64,000 nt of DNA from Gammaproteobacteria bacterium (GTDB taxonomy: Bacteria; Pseudomonadota; Gammaproteobacteria; Eutrophobiales; Eutrophobiaceae). Below are positions 29,189 through 39,042 of this stretch, one piece after another. The notes under the pieces are model-generated. The model worked only from the letters and a program-made list of their open reading frames with translations. It was not told the DNA's origin and searched no databases. Made by a program: the position numbers and the translations under genes. Location of the stretch: contig JAPOQU010000095.1 in the NCBI GenBank assembly GCA_026710545.1, forward strand, positions 4,932 to 68,931. The letters run 5' to 3'. Every line of letters begins with the position of its first letter. The stretch's first letter is position 1.

Positions 29189-29217
29189 CTTATCACGACA
29201 ATATGATGAGCATATAA

Positions 29218-30300
29218 ATGGCAAGGGTAATCGACATACAGGCTGACCCCGATTTCAATACTGCGCCGGCCTACGAGCGCAAGGATTTCACTTCGGACCA
29301 GACCATACGCTGGTGCCCCGGTTGCGGCGATTATTCGATACTGGCGCAGATGCAGCGAACCATGCCGGAAATCTGCCGGGAAATGAACCTGCCCAGGGAG
29401 AACGTGGTATTCATATCCGGTATCGGCTGTTCCAGCCGTTTCCCCTATTACATGAATAACTATGGCTTCCATACCATACACGGCCGCGCCCCGACCATTG
29501 CCAGCGGTTTGAGGATCACCCGCCCGGACCTGCAGGTGTGGGTCATCACCGGCGACGGCGACGGCCTGAGTATCGGCGGCAACCACCTGATGCACTGCCT
29601 GCGCAGGAATATCGACGTTAAAATAGTCCTCTTCAACAACCGGATTTACGGGCTGACCAAGGGGCAATACTCACCGACATCGGAAATGGGTAAAAAGACC
29701 AAGTCCAGCCCCTTCGGCACCGTCGAAAAACCCATCAATCCCCTGTCGATAGCTATCGCCTCGAAGGCGGGTTTCGTGGCACGCGCCATCGACACGGACA
29801 GCGGCCATCTCAGAAAAATGCTGTTACGCATGGCCAGGCACAGGGGCTCGGCTTTCATGGAAATACTGCAGAACTGCAACGTATTCAATGACGGCGCCTT
29901 CAAAGACTTCACCCACAAGGACGTAAAAAGCGACCGCACGGTTTACCTGCAGCACGGCGAACCCATCATTTTCGGAAAGAATAACGACAAGGCTATTTCA
30001 TTACGCGGCGGTGCAAGCGGGTCGCTGGAACCGGAAGTCATCAACGTCGATGAAAGTGACCGGTCGGAAATCCTCATTCACGACGAGGCCGCTTCCGGAA
30101 CGGCCGGCTCGGCGCTTGCGTATCTGCTGGCGCAACTGGAAACCCCCGACTTTCCGGTACCCCTGGGCGTGTTCCGCTCCATAGATAAGCCCCTGTACGG
30201 CGAGTTGCTGGATGATCAAATCGTACAGGCAAAAAATCAACTGGGCAGGGGTGATTTTTTCAAACACCTCAACAGCGGCGATACCTGGAGGGTGAACTGA
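29218..30300 (+). CDS. korB: 2-oxoacid:ferredoxin oxidoreductase, beta (TPP-binding) subunit
   Basis: WCPGCGDYSIL and GDGD.LSIGGNH TPP motif. Confidence 0.85.
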   Translation: MARVIDIQADPDFNTAPAYERKDFTSDQTIRWCPGCGDYSILAQMQRTMPEICREMNLPRENVVFISGIGCSSRFPYYMNNYGFHTIHGRAPTIASGLRITRPDLQVWVITGDGDGLSIGGNHLMHCLRRNIDVKIVLFNNRIYGLTKGQYSPTSEMGKKTKSSPFGTVEKPINPLSIAIASKAGFVARAIDTDSGHLRKMLLRMARHRGSAFMEILQNCNVFNDGAFKDFTHKDVKSDRTVYLQHGEPIIFGKNNDKAISLRGGASGSLEPEVINVDESDRSEILIHDEAASGTAGSALAYLLAQLETPDFPVPLGVFRSIDKPLYGELLDDQIVQAKNQLGRGDFFKHLNSGDTWRVN

Positions 30301-30310
30301 AACCGGGAAT

Positions 30311-30404
30311 ATTCGGGGTCAGAGTAAAAATATCTTCAGACCTATCGGGGACGGACTTAAGTCCGTCCCCATTCTCTCTGCGTATTTTTACTCTGACCCC
30401 GAAT
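30311..30404. repeat. nested palindrome: outer 22-bp arms (30311-30332 / 30383-30404) enclosing the GGGGACGGACTTAAGTCCGTCCCC hairpin (30347-30370)
   Basis: The arms ATTCGGGGTCAGAGTAAAAATA and TATTTTTACTCTGACCCCGAAT are reverse complements. The right arm overlaps the last codons of the gene at 30388-31515. Confidence 0.85.
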
Positions 30405-31515
30405 ATCCGACACCCATCTCCTGCAACACCTGCCTGACCGCCGCTACCGCCGCCCGCATCCGGTCGGCACCGAAGTGGCCGATGCAGCCGATCCTGAAAC
30501 TGTCCGTACCTGTTAACTTGCCGGGATAGATGACATAACCCCGGTCATTCAAGCGTTGATAAAAGTCCGGGAAGCTGAACTTGTCATTGCCCGGCAGCAA
30601 AAACGTCACGATGATCGGCGCCTGTAATTCATCCGGCAGCAAGGTGGCAAAGCCAAGCTCGCGCATGCCTTCTACCAGTACCCGGCAGTTTTCTTCATAG
30701 CGCCTGCGGCGCCCCGCCACACCGCCTTCTTCCTCGAGTTCCAGCAAGGCCTGGTCCAGCGCCAGCAGGCAATGAACGGGTGGGGTAAAACGCCACTGGC
30801 CGCTTTCGTCCAGGGAGCGCCATTGCCGGTAGAGATCAAGACTGGCCGAGTGCGCATTACCTTCGGTGGCGGGAAATGATTCCCTGGCTGCAATGACAAA
30901 CCCCATCCCCGGTACGCTCTCCAGGCACTTGTTGGCGGATGCGGCGAGGGCGGCAAACGGGATTTCGGCGGCGCTCAGCGGTAACGCGCCGAACGCGCTC
31001 ATGGCGTCGATCAATAGACTGCGGCGGTGAGTTTCGACCACCTGCGCGATATCCGCAACGGGATTCGCTATACCCGACGTGGTCTCACAGTAAACCACTG
31101 CGACGTGGGTAATCTCTTCATCCACTGCCAGGGCGCGGTCCAGGACTGCCACGTCTACAGGCCGGTCTTCCCTGGTCTCCAGCACGCTGACCCGTCTCCC
31201 CAGGTAACTGCAGATCTCGCTGATCCGGTGACCGTAGGCGCCGTTGACCAGGTTCAGCAGTTTCCCTTCCCCGGGGACCTGGTTGGCTATCATGGCCTCC
31301 ACCGCAAACGAACCGCTGCCCTGGAGCGGGATGCACAAATGCGAGTGCCCGGCGTCACACAGTGCCAGCAGTTCGTTACAGATGCGCCGGTTCAGTTCAA
31401 TAAACCGCTTATCCCGCGAACCGTAGTCGTGCAGCATGGCCTGCTTGACGGTTGCGGAGGTGGTCAGCGGTCCGGGCGTCAGCAACAGCGGGTCAGTCTT
31501 GGGAGGCGGTTCCAC
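30388..31515 (-). CDS. phnW: 2-aminoethylphosphonate:pyruvate aminotransferase-like class V aminotransferase
   Basis: LLTPGPLTTS, PLQGSGSFAVEA, NGAYG and NKCLESVPGMGF blocks closely recall PhnW. A serine-pyruvate-type aminotransferase is not excluded. Confidence 0.65.
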   Translation of the reverse strand: MEPPPKTDPLLLTPGPLTTSATVKQAMLHDYGSRDKRFIELNRRICNELLALCDAGHSHLCIPLQGSGSFAVEAMIANQVPGEGKLLNLVNGAYGHRISEICSYLGRRVSVLETREDRPVDVAVLDRALAVDEEITHVAVVYCETTSGIANPVADIAQVVETHRRSLLIDAMSAFGALPLSAAEIPFAALAASANKCLESVPGMGFVIAARESFPATEGNAHSASLDLYRQWRSLDESGQWRFTPPVHCLLALDQALLELEEEGGVAGRRRRYEENCRVLVEGMRELGFATLLPDELQAPIIVTFLLPGNDKFSFPDFYQRLNDRGYVIYPGKLTGTDSFRIGCIGHFGADRMRAAVAAVRQVLQEMGVGYSGSE

Positions 31516-31618
31516 TCTTTTTGATCTCTTGTATCAATCTGCGAACTTATTACGTGATACGCTGGACTCAATGCCCGGTTCGTGAATAATAAGAACCTCT
31601 TGGACAGGAGATTGTAAC

Positions 31619-32395
31619 ATGACCAACAGCGTTTTATACGAGACCGAAGGGGCCATTGCCACGATTACGCTCAACCGGCCCGCGGCATTGAATTCATTTG
31701 ACAGGGAGATGCGGGCCGACCTGGCTGCCGCCACCGCACAGGCCCGTGGCGATGCGGGGATACGCGCCGTCATACTCACCGGCGCCGGACGCGCCTTCAG
31801 CGCCGGGGCGGATTTGAAAGCCGGGTTCAAAACCGGCGCAGAAGTTGAGCGGATAGTAAATGAAGAATACGGACCCAGCCTGATCGACATTACGGAAATG
31901 GAAAAACCCGTCATCAGCGCCATAAACGGTTTTGCGGCCGGCATCGGCCTGTCCTACGCCTTGGCGTGCGATTTATCGGTGATGGGAGAAAATGCCTTCC
32001 TGCTCTGTCCGTTCAGCGCCATCGGCCTGATCCCGGACGGCGGTTCAACCTGGTTGCTGACCCATGCTGCAGGGTACAAAAACGCTTATGAAATGGCCGT
32101 CGAGAACGAGCGCATGCCTGCCGCGCGTTGCAAGGAACTGGGACTGGTCAACAAGGTAACGGCAGACGACGGACTGATGGAAACAGCCCGGGAGTGGGCC
32201 GGCAGGCTGGCCGGCAAAGCGCCGCTGGCGCTGGCGCGCACCAAGAAAATGATGCGCCGGACCTCGACGCTCGGCTATGCAGAGGCCATCAGCGCCGAAG
32301 CCGCCCTGCAGCGCCTGTGTTTCGACAGCGCCGACTGTAAGGAGGGAGTCACGGCGTTCCTGGAAAAAAGGGAACCCCGGTTCACGGGAAGCTGA
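31619..32395 (+). CDS. enoyl-CoA hydratase/isomerase (crotonase) family
   Basis: 258-aa ORF with ITLNRPAALNSF, TGAGRAFSAGADL and the ING.A.G.G block. Confidence 0.85.
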   Translation: MTNSVLYETEGAIATITLNRPAALNSFDREMRADLAAATAQARGDAGIRAVILTGAGRAFSAGADLKAGFKTGAEVERIVNEEYGPSLIDITEMEKPVISAINGFAAGIGLSYALACDLSVMGENAFLLCPFSAIGLIPDGGSTWLLTHAAGYKNAYEMAVENERMPAARCKELGLVNKVTADDGLMETAREWAGRLAGKAPLALARTKKMMRRTSTLGYAEAISAEAALQRLCFDSADCKEGVTAFLEKREPRFTGS

Positions 32396-32402
32396 ACGCA
32401 CA

Positions 32403-33473
32403 GTGACCGGGCCAACCCATTCCACTCCTGTCCAGGTACAACCGGTACGCTGGCAGGATGGCGAACTATACCTGCTGGACCAGACCCGCCTGCCCGGTGA
32501 GATCATGGAAGAACGGCAGGCTTCCGTCGGCCAGCTCTGCGCTTCGATCAAGCAACTCAAGGTGCGCGGCGCCCCGGCCATCGGTATCGCCGGGGCCTAC
32601 GGCCTGGTCGTGGCGCTGCGCGACAAGCTGCACCTGGACCGGGATGCATTCATCGCTGAAATGCACAAGCAGGCCGCCGGGCTGGAGGCTGCCCGCCCTA
32701 CCGGGGTGAACCTGCGCTGGGCCTTGCGCCGGCAGGTGTCACACGTCCTGGAAATGACCGGCGCCGGCCCGGAAGAGATGCACGCGGAACTGCTCGCTGA
32801 GGCAATCCGCATCCATGATGAAGACCGCCGGCTGTGCCGGGAAATCGGCGAGGCAGGCAAACCGCTGATCAGGCAAGACATGGGCATACTTACCCATTGC
32901 AATGCCGGGCTGCTGGCCACATCCGAACTGGGAACGGCGACCGCGCCCATGTACCTGGCCCACCGGGACGGCATCGGGTTCAGCGTGTTCGTGGACGAGA
33001 CCCGGCCCCTTCTGCAGGGCGCGCGCCTGACGTCGTGGGAACTGCTGCAGGCAGGCATCGACGTGACCCTGATCTGCGACAACATGGCCGCCACCATGAT
33101 GGCGCAGGGCAGGGTCGACCTGGTCATCACCGGCTCGGACCGGGTTGCCGCGAACGGCGATGCCGCCAACAAGATCGGCACCCTGGGTCTTGCCGTCCTG
33201 GCGCGCCATTTCAACATCCCGTTCTACGTCGCCATCCCCTATTCGACCATTGACCTGGACGCGGCCAGCGGCGCGGATATCCCCATCGAGGAACGGGCGC
33301 CGGACGAGGTTACCCACTGGGGCGGACACCGTACCGCGCCGGCAAACGTGAAGGCCGGCAACCCCGCTTTCGACGTTACTCCCAACGACCTGATTACGGG
33401 CATCATTACCGAGCGGGGCATCCTCAGCAGTCCGTATGATCAATCGATTCGAACTCACTATCCCGGAACATGA
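32403..33473 (+). CDS. mtnA: S-methyl-5-thioribose-1-phosphate isomerase
   Basis: LLDQTRLP, VRGAPAIG and GSDRVAANGDAANKIGT blocks. A GTG start at 32403 is chosen just after the crotonase stop. Confidence 0.8.
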   Translation: MTGPTHSTPVQVQPVRWQDGELYLLDQTRLPGEIMEERQASVGQLCASIKQLKVRGAPAIGIAGAYGLVVALRDKLHLDRDAFIAEMHKQAAGLEAARPTGVNLRWALRRQVSHVLEMTGAGPEEMHAELLAEAIRIHDEDRRLCREIGEAGKPLIRQDMGILTHCNAGLLATSELGTATAPMYLAHRDGIGFSVFVDETRPLLQGARLTSWELLQAGIDVTLICDNMAATMMAQGRVDLVITGSDRVAANGDAANKIGTLGLAVLARHFNIPFYVAIPYSTIDLDAASGADIPIEERAPDEVTHWGGHRTAPANVKAGNPAFDVTPNDLITGIITERGILSSPYDQSIRTHYPGT

Positions 33474-34501
33474 AACACCACTTCGCCAGCGATAACACCG
33501 CCGGGATAGTTCCCGAGGCCTGGGACGCCCTGGCCGCTGCCAACCGGGGCTTTGCCGCCGCCTACGGCGAGGATGAATGGACTGCCAGGGCCTCGGATTG
33601 TATTCGCGAACTGTTCGAAACCGACTGTGACGTGTATTTCGTCTTCACCGGCACTGCGGCCAATTCCCTGGCGCTGGCCGGGATTTGCCGCCCGCAGCAC
33701 AAGGTCATCTGCCACCGCTTATCCCATATTGCAACCGCCGAGTGCGGCGGTCCGGCTTTTTTCACCGGGGGCGCCGGGCTGGAACTCCTGGACGGCGCGG
33801 ATGGGAAAATCCGGCCCGCTGATATCGAACGGGTCTCGCAGCAACCTTACGATTTTCACCGCCAGCTTCACAAGGCGGTGTCCATCACGCAATCGACGGA
33901 AGCCGGCACTGTTTACACGGTTGATGAAATCAAAGCCATTGGCGAGGTGGCAAAAGACAACCAACTGCACTTCCACATGGACGGAGCCAGGTTTGCCAAC
34001 GCTGTTGCCGCCCTGGGTGCAAGCCCCGGGGAGGTAACCTGGCAGGCGGGGGTGGACGTGCTTTCCTTCGGCGCCACGAAACTGGCGCTGCCGGTGGGGG
34101 AAACCATTGTCTTCTTCGACAAATCCCTGTCTGATGATTTCGGGCACCGCTGCAAACAGGCCGGTCACGTGGCATCAAAGATGCGCTTCCTCTGCGCCCC
34201 CTGGGTCGGCCTGCTGGAAAACGGGGCCTGGTTGAATCATGCCCGGCATGCAAACGAGTGCGCGGCATTGCTGGCTGCAGGGCTGGAACGGTTTGCCGGG
34301 GCTGAACTGCTGGCGCCGGTGGAAAGCAATGCCGTGTTCGTCAGCTTGCCGGCAGCCGTGCACCGCTCGATGCGGGAAAAAGGCTGGAATTATCACCTCG
34401 TCACCGGTGACACGGGCGCACGTTTGATGTGCTCCTGGGATACGACTGAGGAGCATATCAATCAGTTCCTCACCGACCTGGAGAGCGCTTTATCGGATTA
34501 A
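33470..34501 (+). CDS. ltaE: low-specificity L-threonine aldolase / beta-eliminating lyase family
   Basis: FASDNTAG, TGTAANSLA and HMDGARFANA blocks. Confidence 0.8.
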   Translation: MKHHFASDNTAGIVPEAWDALAAANRGFAAAYGEDEWTARASDCIRELFETDCDVYFVFTGTAANSLALAGICRPQHKVICHRLSHIATAECGGPAFFTGGAGLELLDGADGKIRPADIERVSQQPYDFHRQLHKAVSITQSTEAGTVYTVDEIKAIGEVAKDNQLHFHMDGARFANAVAALGASPGEVTWQAGVDVLSFGATKLALPVGETIVFFDKSLSDDFGHRCKQAGHVASKMRFLCAPWVGLLENGAWLNHARHANECAALLAAGLERFAGAELLAPVESNAVFVSLPAAVHRSMREKGWNYHLVTGDTGARLMCSWDTTEEHINQFLTDLESALSD

Positions 34502-34530
34502 CACCGGCCCGTAACGGCCTGGTCAGCCGG

Positions 34531-35520
34531 CTATTCGATTGCCAGGACAAGCCGGCCGTGGGCGCTGCGATCCCTTACCTGGATCAATGCTGAACGGTAA
34601 TCTTTCAACGGAACCTGTGTGACGGGAGCCGGTTTAATTTTTCCTGCTTCATACAGCGAGAATATGTCAGTAAAGCATTGCCGCATGATGTCCGGGGTCT
34701 GCTTGCGGTAATCGCTTACCTGCAACCCGCTCACCTCGATGTTCTTCAGGAGCAGGTAATTGGCCTTGATGACGGGTATACGGCCGGCGGCAAAACCGAT
34801 GACCACCATCCTGCCGCGCCAGGCGAGTGCGCGCAGCGCCGCGTCGAATATATCGCCGCCCAGGGGATCCAGGATGACATCGGCGCCCTTCCCCCCATTG
34901 GCCTCGTAGACCTGCCGGCGTAATGCTTCACGCAGATCGGGGACGCTGAGGTCGATCACCGCTTCTGCCCCGGCGTCCAGTACGAATTCGGCTTTTTCCG
35001 GCCTGGCAATGCCTGCCAGCGTGCGTACGCCCATGGCATGTGCAAGCTGCAACGCCGCATAACCCACTCCGCCGGATGCGCCAAGTATGAGCGCAACCTC
35101 TCCTTCACGGACACGCACCCGGTCCCGCAGGGCCACCCAGGCCGTATCATAGACCAATGCCATCGCCGCGGCAGCGGCGTAAGGCATGCTGTCGGGAAGA
35201 CCATAGCACTGGTCAGCCGCGACCGTTACCTGTTCCGCGTAGCCGCCCTCCTCGGCCATGGCCAGCACCCGGTCCCCGACCTTGAAACGGTCCACGCCGT
35301 CACCCACCGCTTCCACCACCCCGGCAGGGGCTTTCCCGGGCACGAAAGGGCACTCCGGGCGAAACTGGTATGTCCCCGCTATCACCAGCAGGTCCACGTA
35401 ATTGACCGCAACGGCCTTGTTACGGACGAGCACCTCACCGGGCTCCGGTATCGGTCCCGGCATATGACCGAGGCCGGTCGCTTCAATATCTCCAAACTCA
35501 TTTACAATGACGGCTTGCAT
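34531..35520 (-). CDS. NADPH:quinone oxidoreductase (MDR, zeta-crystallin-like)
   Basis: Start at the internal ATG at 35520 (MQAVIVNEFGD). Also has GASGGVG.AA.QLA. Confidence 0.8.
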   Translation of the reverse strand: MQAVIVNEFGDIEATGLGHMPGPIPEPGEVLVRNKAVAVNYVDLLVIAGTYQFRPECPFVPGKAPAGVVEAVGDGVDRFKVGDRVLAMAEEGGYAEQVTVAADQCYGLPDSMPYAAAAAMALVYDTAWVALRDRVRVREGEVALILGASGGVGYAALQLAHAMGVRTLAGIARPEKAEFVLDAGAEAVIDLSVPDLREALRRQVYEANGGKGADVILDPLGGDIFDAALRALAWRGRMVVIGFAAGRIPVIKANYLLLKNIEVSGLQVSDYRKQTPDIMRQCFTDIFSLYEAGKIKPAPVTQVPLKDYRSALIQVRDRSAHGRLVLAIE

Positions 35521-35527
35521 AATAACC

Positions 35528-37192
35528 TCATCTTCCGACCGCCCGGGGACTGATCCTGCCCGCACTGATCAAGGCGAGTAAATCACGTTTGATCACCTTG
35601 CCGCCGGGGGTCATCGGCATATCGTCTATCTCGGCCAGGTATTCGGGCATATCGTATTTCGACAACCCTTCAGCCTCGAGGTGTTCCAGGACTTCCCGGG
35701 GTTCGGGACCGGTAGCGTCGGCGAGCTTGATTACCAGGCAGACTTTTTCGCCCAGTCGCTCGTCAGGGAACGCTATGGCGGCGGCCATGTCCACGTGCGG
35801 ATGGCGCGCGGCAAGCTGCTCAATACGGGCCGGGTAAATATTATGACCTCCGCGTATGATAAGGTCCTTGATACGGCCCTTGATGTACAGGTAGCCGTCC
35901 TCGTCCAAGCTGCCTGTATCGCCGGTCATGAACCAGCCGTCCGAATTAAGTGAGCTCGCGGTTGCCTGTTCGTCCTCGTAATACCCCAGCATCAGGCTGG
36001 CGCCCTTGCCGCCGATCTGGCCTGCCTCCCCTGCTCCCATTTCCATATCCTTGTCATCGAGGGACCAGATCTTTATCCGGTAGCCGGGACAGGCTCGCCC
36101 CGCGGTCCCGGTAATCCGCTCCGGGGTATCGCCGGGCAAGGTATAGTTGTGGGAATGCGCCTCCGTCATGCCGTACCCGGTCTGCGGGGTGATGCCGTAC
36201 TCCATTAACTCCGTTGCGACACTCCCGGGGACTTGTGCGCCTGAAATACGGAATCCCGTGATGCTATCAGGCGCCCTGTCGCCGGATTGTTTCATTTCTT
36301 TCAGCAGGTCAACGGCATGGGCCGGCACACCGTAGATGAAAGTCGCACCTGTACTGCGCAGGTCTTCAACGAGTGAATCCCCGGGATCAAGCCGGCTCAA
36401 CACGATCTCCCCCCCGGCATAGAGACCGGTAACCATGGCGCCGAAGCCCAGGTTATGGCTCAGCGGGCTCAATGTATAAATCACCGAAGCACTGTCAAAA
36501 TGCCAGTCCGCGGCAATAGCGCGGGCATTGGCCAGCAAGGTATTGTCACTGTGCATCACTCCCTTGGGTTCTGCTGTCGTGCCGGACGTCAGCGCCAGGT
36601 AAACAAGGGTATCGGGGTCCGGATCCGCCGGTATTACGGTAACATCTGCGCGGGTGCGCGACTCCGGAAAATCACTGAACAGGGGATCCCCGGCATTTTC
36701 CGGCGTGAGTGGTGGCAGGGCATAGTGTTCGGGAGTAATTCCCCGGCGCGCCAGTGCTGCTTCGACATCGTATTCATCTGCACCCGCACCGTAACCTTTC
36801 TCGCTGATCAGCGCAGCGGCATGAAACCGTTCCAGCAACTCCATGACCTCCGCAACCGTGTGGTTGCGGTGTAACGATGGGCAGCAGACATAGCGGTTTC
36901 TTGAGCAGGCCAGCATAGTCACCACGGTCTCCAGGCGGTTCGGCAGCCAGACCGCCACCTGTTGGCCCGGTTCAAGTCCGTTATCCGACAAATCCAGCGC
37001 CAGGCGTTGCGCCGCTGATACCAACTGACGGTAGGTTAACCGGCGGTACCGATCGCGTACGGCAAAACGGTCCGGCGCGAGTTCTGCATGAGCCTCAACG
37101 ATCTGGTAAATTGTCTTATCCTGCCAGAAACCCGAGTTACGGTATTGCCGCCGCTGTTCCGCGTTGTGTATTGTTATTTTCCGGTTATTCAT
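35528..37192 (-). CDS. AMP-dependent acyl-CoA synthetase/ligase
   Basis: LTSGTTAEPKGV (AMP-binding motif), GYGMTE, TGD and RIKDLIIRGG blocks. Confidence 0.85.
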   Translation of the reverse strand: MNNRKITIHNAEQRRQYRNSGFWQDKTIYQIVEAHAELAPDRFAVRDRYRRLTYRQLVSAAQRLALDLSDNGLEPGQQVAVWLPNRLETVVTMLACSRNRYVCCPSLHRNHTVAEVMELLERFHAAALISEKGYGAGADEYDVEAALARRGITPEHYALPPLTPENAGDPLFSDFPESRTRADVTVIPADPDPDTLVYLALTSGTTAEPKGVMHSDNTLLANARAIAADWHFDSASVIYTLSPLSHNLGFGAMVTGLYAGGEIVLSRLDPGDSLVEDLRSTGATFIYGVPAHAVDLLKEMKQSGDRAPDSITGFRISGAQVPGSVATELMEYGITPQTGYGMTEAHSHNYTLPGDTPERITGTAGRACPGYRIKIWSLDDKDMEMGAGEAGQIGGKGASLMLGYYEDEQATASSLNSDGWFMTGDTGSLDEDGYLYIKGRIKDLIIRGGHNIYPARIEQLAARHPHVDMAAAIAFPDERLGEKVCLVIKLADATGPEPREVLEHLEAEGLSKYDMPEYLAEIDDMPMTPGGKVIKRDLLALISAGRISPRAVGR

Positions 37193-37238
37193 TTTTAAGA
37201 TATTATTCCATGGTCAATACTATAACGTATCAAGCGGC

Positions 37239-38132
37239 TTGGAACTCATAACCCACAACAGGTACGGTTATTCTCCCATTACTGAGCGACACGATTACGA
37301 CTGGCCGGAAGGCAAGCGGCTGGCCGTCTATTTCGCCCTGAATATAGAGCATTTCAGTTTCGGTGAGGGACTGGGGCATACTCCGACCCAACCGGGCACC
37401 CCGCCGGACGTACGCAATTATGCCTGGCGGGATTACGGTCTGCGGGTCGGAATCTGGCGTATATTCGACCTGTTGGACGAATTCGGGCTGCCGGCCTGCC
37501 ACTTGATGAATACGGCGGTATACGACTACGCACCACAGATCCCTGCCCGCATACGTGAACGCAAGGATGAGTTCATCGGCCACGGCCGTACCAATTCCGA
37601 AGAACAGGCGGCCTGTCCGGAGTATGAAGAACGCCTGCTGATCGGGGAAACCACGGAAACGTTTCGCCGGCGCGAGGGGCAGGCGCCCGGCGGCTGGATG
37701 GGACCCTGGATTTCCGAGAGTATGCATACGCCTGATCTGCTGAAGGAGGCCGGTTATCGTTACCTGCTTGACTGGTGCGCGGACGACCAGCCCTTCTGGA
37801 TGACCACCCGGTCGGGTCCGATACTATCGATCCCCTACCATATCGAAATCAACGATTCCCCCGCGCAACTGACGCGCCGCCATACAGCAGACGACTTTAC
37901 CCGCATGGTCACCGCGCACTTCGACGAACAACTGCGCCAGAGCAGTAATCAACCGCTGGTATTCAGCCTGGCCCTGCACACTTTCGTCTCAGGCCAGCCG
38001 TACCGGCTCGCGGGTCTGCGCGATATCCTGTTGCATATCGTCAACCACCCCGACGCCGACCAAGTCTGGTTTACCCGCCCCGGCGCTATTTACGACCACG
38101 TCGTTTCCTTGAAAGAAGGGGTCGTGCCGTAA
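37239..38132 (+). CDS. polysaccharide-deacetylase-fold hydrolase (PuuE/allantoinase-like)
   Basis: WPEGKRLAVYFALNIEHF... pattern. The start is uncertain: the ORF-track GTG at 37164 overlaps the divergent gene, so TTG at 37239 is used. Confidence 0.6.
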   Translation: MELITHNRYGYSPITERHDYDWPEGKRLAVYFALNIEHFSFGEGLGHTPTQPGTPPDVRNYAWRDYGLRVGIWRIFDLLDEFGLPACHLMNTAVYDYAPQIPARIRERKDEFIGHGRTNSEEQAACPEYEERLLIGETTETFRRREGQAPGGWMGPWISESMHTPDLLKEAGYRYLLDWCADDQPFWMTTRSGPILSIPYHIEINDSPAQLTRRHTADDFTRMVTAHFDEQLRQSSNQPLVFSLALHTFVSGQPYRLAGLRDILLHIVNHPDADQVWFTRPGAIYDHVVSLKEGVVP

Positions 38133-38173
38133 AGAAGGCAAATCGCTGCCAACGCGAGGCTGGAGACAGGGAG

Positions 38174-38269
38174 TAATCAGTTTTCATATTAAAGGAAAAA
38201 AATAATCTTTTTTCATGAAAAGTATGTCAAAAAAATCCTTTTTCAGGCCCAGTTATCGTTTTTCATGAA
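38174..38269. repeat. four direct copies of an ~16-bp motif (A/T)ATC-N-TTTTTCA(T/G)G at the left edge of the accessory island
   Basis: TAATCAGTTTTCATATT (38174), TAATCTTTTTTCATGAA (38203), AAATCCTTTTTCAGGCC (38233), TTATCGTTTTTCATGAA (38253). Confidence 0.7.
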
Positions 38270-38275
38270 CGACGT

Positions 38276-38752
38276 TTGCCTGAGAAGGCGAAGCCGGTGG
38301 GTTATGTCGCGCCATTCTCATCCGCCATCCTTGATGAGATCGACCGCTACCGCACTGTTCTGGAAAGTTATTCCGAGCGACTTTTACCGTTAATCAGGTG
38401 GCAGTCAACGTCCTCCGGCAACGTGGAGGTACTGAATGATACGGCAGATTTCTATCGTTATTTCGATGCAACTCCTCACGCAGAATTCCTGTATGAATGC
38501 GTCAAACGGACAATAGAGGAAGACCTGCCCCAGGAAGCCGATTACCTGATACGCTTCGACGCCGCACAGGCAGCTGTGATGAACCGGGTCGAGATGCCGG
38601 ACCGACTGGCGCAGAATTTAATTTTGTTTGTTCGCCAAAACGGGGGAACGCTGGCGAAAAAACGCCGGGAGAAGGAGTTCAAAGCCCTGACGGATGATGA
38701 GGTTACGGAACTCGAGATGATCATCAACGATGCCTTTGATGGGCTGGACTGA
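38276..38752 (+). pseudogene. probable 5'-truncated Fic-family gene (C-terminal domain only)
   Basis: 158-aa ORF with a TTG start and no Fic HxFx(D/E)GNGRxxR motif. The tail (FVRQNGGTLAKKRREKEFKALTDDEV) resembles, from memory, the C-terminal region of long Fic proteins. Confidence 0.35.
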
Positions 38753-38817
38753 CGGGCATTCGGCAAGGGATTCGAACCGGAATCCGCAATAGCTGATGGA
38801 CGGACGCAACATCAATA

Positions 38818-39042
38818 TTATCCAGGATAACAGGTCGTAATCTTCCCACCTCGAAAACAACAGATGGTGCCTTTCACTTTGATTTTACACTCGCTCTTGC
38901 CTACGAAGTCAATTGCTAGTTGTAACCTGGGCGTATTCAAAGTTTCCTCAAAGTCCCGGCGGTATCCTTCGACGTCAATTCCTATAATCCGTTCCAGGTA
39001 CCGCAATAAGGCATGGTCAGTGATTTTTGTCGTCTGTTTCAT
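38818..39042 (-). CDS. small phage-associated-type hypothetical protein
   Basis: 74-aa ORF. It overlaps the upstream XRE gene by 4 nt. The N-terminal ITDHALLRYLERIIGIDVE resembles small prophage proteins. Confidence 0.5.
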   Translation of the reverse strand: MKQTTKITDHALLRYLERIIGIDVEGYRRDFEETLNTPRLQLAIDFVGKSECKIKVKGTICCFRGGKITTCYPG

